DNA of 55,549 bases from Chloroflexota bacterium (GCA_024276515.1 JAJRXB010000198.1:1-55549), one strand, 5' to 3'; numbered from the stretch's first letter, positions 9,376 through 17,394 are shown. Made by a program: numbers and translations. The notes: generated from the letters alone by a model not told the origin.

Positions 9376-9471
9376 GGAGATCTCTCGGAGGATTCGCCTC
9401 GGCCTGCCAAAGACTTGCGATAGGGGCAAGGCATGCCTTGCCCCTACCTCGCCGATTTTCCGAGAGATCTC
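9376..9471. repeat. Palindromic intergenic element, copy 1 (13-bp terminal inverted repeats, 24-bp perfect central palindrome)
   Basis: GAGATCTCTCGGA (9376-9388) and TCCGAGAGATCTC (9459-9471) are exact reverse complements. The centre AGGGGCAAGGCATGCCTTGCCCCT (9422-9445) is a perfect palindrome. A related copy lies at 15129-15233 in inverted orientation. Confidence 0.85.
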
Positions 9472-9476
9472 GTGGC

Positions 9477-10262
9477 TCACGGCGGCGATACGGTGGGCGT
9501 CTGGGTCGTAGTCAACGTGACGGTTGGGGTTTGCGTGATGGTCAACGTGACGGTTGGGGTTTGCGTTGCGGTCAGCGTGGCTGTGGCGGTGACCGGTGTG
9601 GGAGTGACCGTCGGCGGCGGCCCCCACAGACCACGTTCGGCGGCCTGGGCGTCGGACTGGGCGGCCAGCAGGTCGTCGCCAAAGCGCAGGTCGGCCACGT
9701 CCTCGGAGACGGTCGCCAGGCCAAGTTGAACCATCCTCACGTTGACCATGTCTCCCTCTTTCCACACGTAACGCAGCAGGTTCCCCTGATCGTCTCGCTC
9801 TTTCTCGTCGCTTTCCAAAACCACAATCTGGTGACCCACCTCTCTGGTCAGCCATTCGACGGCCACCCCGGCCCACGGGTCGCTCAACAACGGCGGCTCA
9901 ACCCCCAGGAGTCGGACGGTGAACCCCCGGCTGACCGGCTGCCCCTCTATCAAAACTTCGATGGTGCGACTGTCCTGGATGCCCAGCACCAGCGCCTTGG
10001 CCCGCGCCGGCAATCGGGTAGGGGTGGGGCTGGGACCCGGCGTGACGGTGGGGGGAATCGGGATCACGCGCGTGTTGGTGGGGGTGGGAGGAGGGGGTGT
10101 CCCGGTGGGCAGCAGGGTTGGCCCTGGGACCACGGCCGGACGGGCGGTAGAAGCAGGCTCAGCCTGAGTGAAGTCAGAGGGCTCGCTTTCCACACCACAG
10201 CCTTGCAGCAACGGGCTGAGGACGAGCAGAGCAGCTAAAACGAAGGACAGGGGTCGGGCCAT
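9477..10262 (-). CDS. SNase (thermonuclease)-like lipoprotein with C-terminal Thr/Pro-rich repeats
   Basis: Start at MARPLSFVLAALLVLSPLLQGC (lipobox LLQGC). SNase-like core TIEVLIEGQ..VRLLGVEPP..DDQGNLLRYVW..GLA..ERGLW. C-terminal TQTPTVTLT repeats. The ORF-track start at 10370 would add 36 non-signal residues. Confidence 0.72.
   Translation of the reverse strand: MARPLSFVLAALLVLSPLLQGCGVESEPSDFTQAEPASTARPAVVPGPTLLPTGTPPPPTPTNTRVIPIPPTVTPGPSPTPTRLPARAKALVLGIQDSRTIEVLIEGQPVSRGFTVRLLGVEPPLLSDPWAGVAVEWLTREVGHQIVVLESDEKERDDQGNLLRYVWKEGDMVNVRMVQLGLATVSEDVADLRFGDDLLAAQSDAQAAERGLWGPPPTVTPTPVTATATLTATQTPTVTLTITQTPTVTLTTTQTPTVSPP
9481..9600. repeat. 30-bp in-frame tandem repeat inside the SNase-like gene
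   Basis: GTCAACGTGACGGTTGGGGTTTGCGTGATG (9511-9540) is repeated at 9541-9570 with 2-3 changes at the 3' end. Degenerate units flank it on both sides. It encodes the (T)QTPTVTLT(I/T) repeats. Confidence 0.85.
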
Positions 10263-10644
10263 CAACACCCTCCAGGCTGAGCCAAATCGGCGAAGCGGAA
10301 TAAACCACCTCATTATAGCATTGCTCAGCCTGGAGTTCAACCGTGAGTGCGTAGCCCCTTCAGGCATCACGTTAGTTTCTTGAGAGGACAGGTTGGCGGC
10401 AGACGATCATCAGCGGATAGGTAACGGATGAACGGGTGTCTCTCCTCGCGCCAGCGTGTGATCCGCTCATCCGCTACTTTATCCGTTGATAATCTCCTCC
10501 GCTCGTCAGGGGTCTGTGACCCCTGACCGGGCGCGGGATGCCGGCGCTCGCTGGCAGCGCCGGCATCCCCGCTCCAGCGCGCCCATTCCCCGAAATCCGA
10601 ACGTACCCTACCAGGATAGACAAGTCACCCGAACGGGTGTAAAC

Positions 10645-10689
10645 TGCTCAGGTGACAGGCACTTTCGAAAGTGCCTGTCGCCTGAGCAG
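10645..10689. repeat. 45-nt near-perfect hairpin related to the arms of the 114-nt element
   Basis: CTGCTCAGGTGACAGGCACTTTCGAAAGTGCCTGTCGCCTGAGCAG. The arm CTGCTCAGG-TGACAGGCACT resembles CT(G/A)CTCAGG..GTGCCAGGCACT at 26318 and 36625. Confidence 0.75.
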
Positions 10690-10715
10690 CCACATCACCC
10701 AACCGGAGAGGAGAA

Positions 10716-11432
10716 ATGCTCAACTTTGGCCAATTTCGGCGAGTGACGGTGCTGACGGGCGCGGGGATTTCGGCCGAGAGCGGTGTGCCGACCTTTCGAG
10801 GAGAGGATGGGTTGTGGCGACAGTATCGCCCAGAGGAACTGGCCACCCCGGAAGCGTTTGCCCGGGATCCCAGGCTGGTGTGGGAGTGGTACGACTGGCG
10901 GCGCAGACTCATCGGGGCCTGTCGGCCCAACCGGGCACACCATACCCTGGCCGACATGGAGGCCGGGCTACCTGACTTCACCCTGATCACGCAAAACGTG
11001 GACGGGCTGCACCACATGGCCGGCAGCCGGCGAGTGCTCGAACTGCACGGCAACATCTGGCGACTACGCTGCACCCGCGAGGGAACGACCCACGAGGATC
11101 GGAGGACGCCATTGCCCGACCTGCCACCTCACTGCGCCGACTGCGGCGCGCTGTTGCGCCCGGACGTGGTCTGGTTTGGGGAATCGTTGCCCTCCGAGAT
11201 CCTGGAGGCCGCCTTTGCAGCGGCTGCTGCCTGCGACGTAATGCTGGTCGTTGGCACGTCGGCGGTGGTGCAGCCGGCGGCAAGCCTCCCCCTCATCGCC
11301 AGGCAACGTGGGGCCGCAATCGTGGAAGTGAATCCCCAGGCAACGCCGCTTTCGGACTTCGCCGATTTAGTCTTGCGGCAACCGGCCGCCCAGGCTCTGC
11401 CCCAGTTGTGGGAAAGGTGGCAGCACCCCTGA
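10716..11432 (+). CDS. cobB: NAD-dependent protein deacylase (Sir2 family, CobB/class III type)
   Basis: GAGISAESGVPTFRG, YxxR motif in WEWYDWRR, Zn ribbon C-x..CADCG, VVGTSAVVQPA. GGAGAGGAG RBS. Confidence 0.9.
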   Translation: MLNFGQFRRVTVLTGAGISAESGVPTFRGEDGLWRQYRPEELATPEAFARDPRLVWEWYDWRRRLIGACRPNRAHHTLADMEAGLPDFTLITQNVDGLHHMAGSRRVLELHGNIWRLRCTREGTTHEDRRTPLPDLPPHCADCGALLRPDVVWFGESLPSEILEAAFAAAAACDVMLVVGTSAVVQPAASLPLIARQRGAAIVEVNPQATPLSDFADLVLRQPAAQALPQLWERWQHP

Positions 11433-11448
11433 CCGTTTCGGGCGAGGC

Positions 11449-11808
11449 TTATTGCATGCGTACCACCACCGGCGCGTCTCCCCACAACTCCTCCAGCGCG
11501 TAATAGGCGCGCAACTCGGGCGAGAAGATGTGGGCGATGACCGCTCCAAAATCTACCAACACCCAGCCCGACTCCGGCGTGCCTTCCACCCGCAACGGAC
11601 GTTCGCCCATCTCCTTCAGCGATTCAACGATGGCATCGGCGATGGCCCGTAGCTGACGTGTGCTCTGCCCGTCGCACAACACAAAGTAATCGGCAATGAG
11701 GGCCACCGGCCGCAAGTCGAGCAAGAGAACGTCGGATGCTTTTTTGTCGGCAGCAGCGTTTACAATAGCGTGAGCTAACTCGTTTGGTTCCAGAGAATAC
11801 CCCTCCAT
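11449..11808 (-). CDS. rsfS: Ribosome silencing factor RsfS (iojap family)
   Basis: 119 aa. ADKKASDVLLLDLRPVALIADYFVLCDGQSTRQLRAIADAI..WVLVDFGAVIAHIF..REYY-like ELRAYYALEELW. Confidence 0.9.
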   Translation of the reverse strand: MEGYSLEPNELAHAIVNAAADKKASDVLLLDLRPVALIADYFVLCDGQSTRQLRAIADAIVESLKEMGERPLRVEGTPESGWVLVDFGAVIAHIFSPELRAYYALEELWGDAPVVVRMQ

Positions 11809-12165
11809 TCTTAATCCGACAGTTGTGTTGATACGATTCTAGCACAGCCCGGGTCATCGGCCAAACGTAACTAGTACAGCCCGGCATAAATCCATCGTCA
11901 GTTGTTATGTCAGTCCCCCTGCCTGCCGAAGTGCCCGGCACGGGTGCCCCTGCCTGCACCTGGGGGTGCGGCACAGGTGAGCGCAGCGAAGGGGCTCCTT
12001 TATGCTGGTACGAGACGCTTCGGCTTCGCCTCAGCGTGACATGAACTGCTGGTTTATTTCTGCCGAGGAGTACTAGTTTTGACGGATTCTAGAAGGGCAG
12101 ACCGACGTGTCTGCCCGATACAGGCCGACCGCACCCCTCCTCGAAACACGCCCACGTGTGGTGTG

Positions 12166-12861
12166 TTACAGGGTGGCGAAGCGGTAGCCGATGCCGCGTT
12201 CGGTGAGGATGTAACGGGGATGGCTTGGGTCGTCTTCGATCTTTTTGCGCAATCGCCAGATGTACCACTTCACACTGTCCAGGCTGGCGTCGGCGTCGTA
12301 GGGCCAGACGTTGTCGAAGATGATGTCGGTGGGGAGGATGCGGCCGGCGCGCTTGGCCATAAAAAGGAGTAGATCGTATTCCGTTGGGGTGAGGTCCACA
12401 AGTTTGCTGTGGACCATCACCTGGCGGTTGGCCGGATCGATGATGAGGTCTCCGCCGCCAAAACGGAGCGGTGAGTTATCGGAGAGAGGGGGGGGCATCC
12501 GTATCCGGCGTAGCACAGCCTCTACCCGGGCTTGTAGCTCTTCGGGGTGGAAGGGTTTCACCAGGTAATCATCGGCGCCCATTTTCAGGCCTCTGGTGAT
12601 GTCCTTGTGTGACCCAAGCGCAGTGAGGATGATGATGGGGACCGTGGAGACGCTGCGGATGCGGCGGACCGCCTCCCAGCCGTCCATCCGAGGCATCATC
12701 ACGTCGAGGATGACCAGGTGGGGCTGACTTTCGTGAAGTTGCTGTAACCCACTTTGCCCGTCAAAAGCGATGATCACCTGGTAGCCGGCCGATTCCAGAC
12801 TACGTTGAATGAGTTGCAGCAGGAGATGATCGTCGTCAATTGCCAGGATTCGTTCTGCCAC
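12166..12861 (-). CDS. OmpR/PhoB-family response regulator (receiver plus winged-helix DNA-binding domain)
   Basis: Receiver motifs ILAIDDD, LVILDVMMPRMDG and YLVKPF. Winged-helix C-terminus LTPTEYDLLLFM..YIWRLRKKIE..RGIGYRF. GTG start with AAGGTG RBS. No kinase gene adjacent. Confidence 0.9.
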   Translation of the reverse strand: MAERILAIDDDHLLLQLIQRSLESAGYQVIIAFDGQSGLQQLHESQPHLVILDVMMPRMDGWEAVRRIRSVSTVPIIILTALGSHKDITRGLKMGADDYLVKPFHPEELQARVEAVLRRIRMPPPLSDNSPLRFGGGDLIIDPANRQVMVHSKLVDLTPTEYDLLLFMAKRAGRILPTDIIFDNVWPYDADASLDSVKWYIWRLRKKIEDDPSHPRYILTERGIGYRFATL

Positions 12862-12949
12862 GTTAACACCTTTGGCGGGGCTACAAGGAAGAATAGAGGA
12901 TACGTCGGAATTGCTTCTATCACCATTTTAAGGGCAATTGCGAATGGCG

Positions 12950-14044
12950 TCAAGTAGCTTTAAGTCCTAAAGAGCTCGTCCGGCGGCGACGCATCAGCGC
13001 CAGCATACGAGGCATGGCAGCGGTGTAGATCCAGTAGCGCCACGCAGATGGCGGGTAGTCAAAGGCCCCCATCCCCCGTATTGTCTCGCCCCCGAATCCG
13101 GTTTTGAAGCGATACACACCCCACATAGGGTCGCTCTGGTCGAAGTGATCGGGCGCACCCCACATATCGTATTGGGTGCAGCCCAGCCGCCTGGCCAATC
13201 GAATCGCTTCCCATTGCAGCAGGTGGTTGGGCATCAGGTTGCGATACTGGCTGCTGGACGCGCCATACATATACCACGCGGTTTGGCCAAAGAGAAAGAG
13301 CATCAAGCCCGCGATGGGCGCTCCTTCCACTTCGGCCAGCAACAGCCGTGCCCGGCCGGCTCGCAGAAACTGTGTCCACAGGTCCAGGTAATAGGCCGGC
13401 GGGCGGATGAGAAAGCCATCGCGTCGGGCCGTTTCGCGGTATAGGCTGTAGAATGTCTTCAGATCGGCCTCGTCGCCGGAGCGGATCTGCACACCCCGGC
13501 GACCGGCCAGCCGGACGTTGTAGCGGGTCTTGGCTTTCATTCGGGCCAGCAGGGTATCTTCGTCTGGCCTCAGGTCTACGACGACGGTGTTTTTGAACTG
13601 AATCTGTTCCGCCGATGGCCGCCAACCTCGCCTGGCAAGCATCTTCAATACGGCGGCAGCCTCCGGCACAGGGGGCAGGTTTTCGGGGCCGACGCCCAAC
13701 CGCACGTCGGCGTCGATCTTCACGAACAGGCTGCGCCGGTCCCGCGCCTGCGCTTCCAGGGTCGAAAGGACGTGGGCCAGCAGGGAGACGTCGCTGTAAT
13801 CCAGCGCCGGCCCTTTGGGCACGTAGGTCACGGAGAGGGGGATGTGGGACAAGCGTCGGCACAAAATCTGGGCCGCGGCCAGCGGTTGACCATCCCGCTC
13901 GAAGAGCAGGCGGATGGGCTCCCAGCCCCAACGACTTTTGAAATCGCCCCAGTCCCACGTCTGCAAAACGTGAGCCAGGGGCAGGGCGGCCAGTGCCGTG
14001 TCCCATTGCGCCCGGTCGGTAACCTGCACAACGCGGGGGATCAC
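12950..14044 (-). CDS. FemAB-family peptidyltransferase (lipid II amino-acid transferase-like), paralog 1
   Basis: LQTWDWGDFKSRWGWEP, KTRYNVRLAGRRG and other FemAB-type motifs. GTG at 14044 is preceded by GGGAGGG and overlaps the upstream TGA (GTGA). The upstream ATG at 14074 is an alternative. Confidence 0.82.
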   Translation of the reverse strand: MIPRVVQVTDRAQWDTALAALPLAHVLQTWDWGDFKSRWGWEPIRLLFERDGQPLAAAQILCRRLSHIPLSVTYVPKGPALDYSDVSLLAHVLSTLEAQARDRRSLFVKIDADVRLGVGPENLPPVPEAAAVLKMLARRGWRPSAEQIQFKNTVVVDLRPDEDTLLARMKAKTRYNVRLAGRRGVQIRSGDEADLKTFYSLYRETARRDGFLIRPPAYYLDLWTQFLRAGRARLLLAEVEGAPIAGLMLFLFGQTAWYMYGASSSQYRNLMPNHLLQWEAIRLARRLGCTQYDMWGAPDHFDQSDPMWGVYRFKTGFGGETIRGMGAFDYPPSAWRYWIYTAAMPRMLALMRRRRTSSLGLKAT

Positions 14045-15105
14045 GTGGTCCCTCCCTGGCGGCGCGCCATCCATGCCCGATAGGCCCGGTAAAGGGGACG
14101 GTTGTAAACGAAGTCAAAGGCACCGATGGCCCGGGTCACCCGCCCGCCAAAGCCACGTTTGAAGCGATACACCCCCCACAGTCCCGGCGAGTCTTTGCTG
14201 CGAACGGTGAACTCCGCTTCCAGGGTCTCCTCGTCGGCGTCGGGGATGCCCCACAGATCGTAACGTTGGCAGCCCCGTGTTTTGGCCCAGCGCATCGCCT
14301 CCCACTGCAAGAGATAGGTTGGCATCTTTTTTCGATGGGCGTTGCTCGATGCACCAAAGAGGTAATAGGCGGTATCGCCGTGGACGAAAACCATCAGCCC
14401 GGCGATGGGGTCTCCCTGCACCTCGGCCAGCAGCAGCGCAACGCGGTCGGGGGCGAAAAGTTCGAAGGCCGCACGAAAGTAATCCAGACTGTGCGTGCCA
14501 AAGCGGTCGCGCCGCCCGGTGATTTGCAGCAGGTGGTGAAAGGTGGGGAGGTCGCCGGCCGTCCCGGCGCGGACGGCTACTCCCTTTCGAGCAGCCAGCC
14601 GGATGTTGTAACGGGTCTTCTGCTTCATCGCAGCCAGGATGACCTCTTCATTGGGTGTGAGGTCAACCAAGATGGTGCGCGGAGGCTGGACAGTCTGAGT
14701 GTCGTCGAGGAAGCCACACCGGCCGATGGTGGCACGCAGCGCGTCATCATCGGGGATGGGGGGTTCTATTTTTAAAAAGACGCTGTGCCACGACCGGCAC
14801 AGACGGTGCAGGCCTGCCAACAGGGCGTTGACCTGGGGCCTGTGACTCCAATCTACCAGGGGGCCTTTGGGCACGTAGGCCAGGCTAAAGATGGGAGGGA
14901 GCGGGCGGAAAAGCACCTGAGCGCCGGCCAGGATGTGCCCACCCTCGACCAGCCCCAGACGCACGGCACGCCAGCCGAAGCGCGCTTTCAACTCACCCCA
15001 ATCCCAGGTTTGCAGCAGGTGGCCCGTTGGATGGTTGGCGACGAAAGCGTCCCACGTGTTGCGGTTGATGATGCCTTGTGCGTCGGTAGACAGGTGAATC
15101 GGCAC
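14041..15105 (-). CDS. FemAB-family peptidyltransferase, paralog 2
   Basis: LQTWDWGELKARFGWRA, KTRYNIRLAARKG. Clearly paralogous to the downstream gene. GTG start. Confidence 0.85.
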   Translation of the reverse strand: MPIHLSTDAQGIINRNTWDAFVANHPTGHLLQTWDWGELKARFGWRAVRLGLVEGGHILAGAQVLFRPLPPIFSLAYVPKGPLVDWSHRPQVNALLAGLHRLCRSWHSVFLKIEPPIPDDDALRATIGRCGFLDDTQTVQPPRTILVDLTPNEEVILAAMKQKTRYNIRLAARKGVAVRAGTAGDLPTFHHLLQITGRRDRFGTHSLDYFRAAFELFAPDRVALLLAEVQGDPIAGLMVFVHGDTAYYLFGASSNAHRKKMPTYLLQWEAMRWAKTRGCQRYDLWGIPDADEETLEAEFTVRSKDSPGLWGVYRFKRGFGGRVTRAIGAFDFVYNRPLYRAYRAWMARRQGGTT

Positions 15106-15128
15106 ACCACACCTCCTCGTGAGCAGGT

Positions 15129-15233
15129 GAGTTCTCTCGGAAAATCGGTGAGGAATATGAACACCTGCTCAGGGGCAAGGCATGCCTTGCCCCTACCTCA
15201 GGTCTTCAACAAACCGAGGCGAACCAAATCTCG
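15129..15233. repeat. Palindromic intergenic element, copy 2 (inverted relative to copy 1, degenerate right end)
   Basis: GAGTTCTCTCGGAAAATCGGTGAGG..AGGGGCAAGGCATGCCTTGCCCCT (15171-15194)..CCGAGGCGAACC aligns with the reverse complement of 9376-9471. It carries a 16-nt insertion and a decayed right terminus. Confidence 0.8.
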
Positions 15234-15422
15234 TTACTTGACTTCAGGTAATTGCCATCTGGTATCGGCTATGTGATACCTGCGTGGTATATGATACCCG
15301 CGTGGGGGGAAAGTTACAAAATCAGGATGTGTGACAAATCACGCAAACAGATTTTCTTTTTTTGCCCTGGTGTGCTACAATGGGGGTCGTTTGCTCCCGA
15401 CAATTCTATTCGAAGCTCAGAT

Positions 15423-15451
15423 TTTCCATTGGTACCGAAGTGTGATATAAT
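15423..15451 (+). promoter_or_regulatory. Candidate promoter of the nuo cluster (extended -10)
   Basis: TTTCCA (15423-15428), 17 bp, TGaTATAAT (15443-15451). Located in the AT-rich region upstream of the AAGGAGG RBS of nuoA. A second extended -10 (TGcTACAAT, 15373-15381) and two direct repeats (G/A)TGATACC(T/C)GCGTGG (15273-15287, 15291-15305) lie upstream. Confidence 0.45.
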
Positions 15452-15513
15452 CTTCCGCATTCCCGGTCGTTTATTCCTTTCCACGTTTTTTTGTAAAATC
15501 TCCAAGGAGGTCA

Positions 15514-15873
15514 ATGGTGCTCTCTGATTTTACCTTCGTGGGTATCCTCATTCTTGTTGCTGTTCTGCTCCCCATAGTTGGCCTGGGTTTGGCCTGGCTT
15601 ATCCGCCCGAAGAAACCCAATCCCATCAAGCAATCTACATATGAATGCGGCATCGAGACCATCGGCGATACCTGGGTCCAGTTCAAGGCCCAGTACTACA
15701 TCTATGCCCTGGTCTTCGTGGTGTTTGACATCGAAGCCGTGTTTTTGTTGCCCTGGGCGGTGGCGTATCACCAACTGCCTCTGTACGCGCTGGTGGAGGC
15801 AGTTATTTTGATCGCCATCCTGGTGCTGGCACTGGTCTACACCTGGCGCAAGGGCGCCTTGCGCTGGTCGTAG
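15514..15873 (+). CDS. nuoA: NADH-quinone oxidoreductase subunit A
   Basis: 119 aa. YECGIE..YYIYALVFVVFDIEAVFLLPWA signature. AAGGAGG RBS. Confidence 0.95.
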   Translation: MVLSDFTFVGILILVAVLLPIVGLGLAWLIRPKKPNPIKQSTYECGIETIGDTWVQFKAQYYIYALVFVVFDIEAVFLLPWAVAYHQLPLYALVEAVILIAILVLALVYTWRKGALRWS

Positions 15874-15907
15874 AACGTGTTTCGTGTTGCGTGATACTGA
15901 AGGGAAC

Positions 15908-15956
15908 CACGAAACACGCATCACGCATCACGTTTCACGCATCACGCTTCACAACA
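15908..15956. repeat. Heptanucleotide tandem repeat (CACGNNT, 7 units) in the nuoA-nuoH spacer
   Basis: CACGAAA CACGCAT CACGCAT CACGTTT CACGCAT CACGCTT CACAACA. The upstream ACGTGTTTCGTG (15875-15886) can pair with the first units. Confidence 0.85.
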
Positions 15957-15998
15957 CTCCCAGATTGAATTGCGCTCAACGGAGCATATTCGTCAAGG

Positions 15999-17180
15999 AT
16001 GGAGCATATGGACGCAATCGTTTTGTGGCTCACAAGTTTGTTTCCCCAGATGGCGGTGCCGACAGCACGCTTGATTGTGCACATAGTATACGCCGCGATC
16101 CTCTCTTTTGTAGCGCCTGTGGTTTTGGTGGTTGCTTTCACTTACATGGAGCGCAAAGTGATAGCACGGATCCAGGACCGCGTTGGGCCTAACCGGGCCG
16201 GACCGCTGGGGATGCTCCAGGGATTTGCCGACGCCATCAAAATGTTGACCAAAGAGGACATCACGCCGGCCGGCGCCGACCGGATTGTGTATAACCTGGC
16301 GCCGGGACTGGCGGTCATCGGGGTGGTGTTGGTATTCGCGGTGCTTCCCGTCGCCCCAGGGGTGATCGGCACCGACCTGAGCATCGGCATTTTGTACGTG
16401 GTGGCGGTGGGGGGCATCGGCACGATGGCCGTGTTGATGGCCGGCTGGAGCAGCAACAACAAATACGCGCTGCTGAGCGCCTTTCGCGTGGTGGCGCAGC
16501 TCGTCGCCTACGAAATCCCGATGGTCATCGCTATTATCATCGTGGTGCTGACAGCCGGCTCGATGCGGATGGGGGACATCATCGCCGCCCAGAACGTGCC
16601 GTTCCTCTTCACGTTGCCCGTGGCCTTTTTCATCTTCTTCGTGGCCAACATCGCCGAGATCGGACGTTCTCCCTTCGATCTGCTCGAGGCCGAGAGCGAG
16701 ATCATCGCTGGCTTCCACGTGGAATACAGTGGGATGAAGTTCGCCTTTTTCTTCATCGGCGAATATATGCACCTCTTTGTGTCGGCCGGCATCGCCACCA
16801 CCCTTTTCCTGGGGGGCTGGCGTGGTCCCGGCGCGAGTGAGGCATCTATTCTGGGCGCGCTGCTGGGGTTTGTGTACTTCCTCGCCAAAACTGTGTTGCT
16901 CATCTTTGCGATGATGTGGGTCCGGGGGACGTTCCCTCGCTTCCGCATTGACCACCTGTTGGACTTTGGCTGGAAGTTCCTGGTCCCGGTGGGCCTGCTG
17001 ACGTTGGTGGCGGTGGCGCTGGTGTTGAAGCTCCCCTTCCTGAGCAGCCCGGTGCTCCAATGGGTGGGATTGTTGGTGGCAAACGTTGCGGTCATCGTCG
17101 TCGCGCTGGCGGCCGTGTCGCTGGCCGCCCGCCGCACCCGTTCGGTCGCCTTGCGCAGCGTGGCCGGCGCCGAACGCTGA
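15999..17180 (+). CDS. nuoH: NADH-quinone oxidoreductase subunit H
   Basis: ERKVIARIQDRVGPNRAGPLGMLQ, GWSSNNKYALLSAFRVVAQLVAYEIP, PFDLLEAESEIIAGFHVEYSGM. An alternative ATG lies at 16008. Confidence 0.95.
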   Translation: MEHMDAIVLWLTSLFPQMAVPTARLIVHIVYAAILSFVAPVVLVVAFTYMERKVIARIQDRVGPNRAGPLGMLQGFADAIKMLTKEDITPAGADRIVYNLAPGLAVIGVVLVFAVLPVAPGVIGTDLSIGILYVVAVGGIGTMAVLMAGWSSNNKYALLSAFRVVAQLVAYEIPMVIAIIIVVLTAGSMRMGDIIAAQNVPFLFTLPVAFFIFFVANIAEIGRSPFDLLEAESEIIAGFHVEYSGMKFAFFFIGEYMHLFVSAGIATTLFLGGWRGPGASEASILGALLGFVYFLAKTVLLIFAMMWVRGTFPRFRIDHLLDFGWKFLVPVGLLTLVAVALVLKLPFLSSPVLQWVGLLVANVAVIVVALAAVSLAARRTRSVALRSVAGAER

Positions 17181-17223
17181 TCGGTCCTTGTCTACACCTT
17201 TCAGGTCGGACACATAGGTCCGC

Positions 17224-17394
17224 CCCTACTGCAGGGCTTTTCAATGTTCTAGCGCGAGCAAGGTGACAGTCACCTTACTCGACATAACACATTGACAAAA
17301 ACAGTAAGAAATGGTTGTCAAGTGCCTTCCTCTCGCCAAGAGATCGGAGGTGACTGTCACCTGGGTTAACTCTTTGAAAAGCCCTGCCCCTACT
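17224..17394. mobile_element. MITE-like insertion (157 bp, 14-bp perfect TIRs, 7-bp target-site duplication) in the nuoH-nuoJ spacer
   Basis: TIRs GCAGGGCTTTTCAA (17231-17244) and TTGAAAAGCCCTGC (17374-17387). Flanking direct repeats CCCTACT at 17224-17230 and 17388-17394. Internal palindromes AAGGTGACAGTCACCTT (17261-17277) and AGGTGACTGTCACCT (17348-17362). No transposase ORF. Confidence 0.7.

Noticed and set aside
10716-11432. Sir2-domain protein as a possible anti-phage defence (Thoeris/DSR/SIR2-HerA-like) component
   Set aside because: It is a short stand-alone CobB/class III sirtuin with intact NAD motif, Zn ribbon and the YxxR deacylase motif. It has no partner genes (ThsB/TIR, HerA, pAgo) nearby and is flanked by housekeeping genes.
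11809-12165. 357-bp gap between rsfS and the response regulator as a possible ncRNA gene (tRNA/6S/SRP-like)
   Set aside because: I found no cloverleaf or known conserved motif by eye. The only feature is a modest hairpin (GGGCAGAC..GTCTGCCC, 12093-12114) that may terminate the regulator gene. Evidence is insufficient to call an RNA gene.
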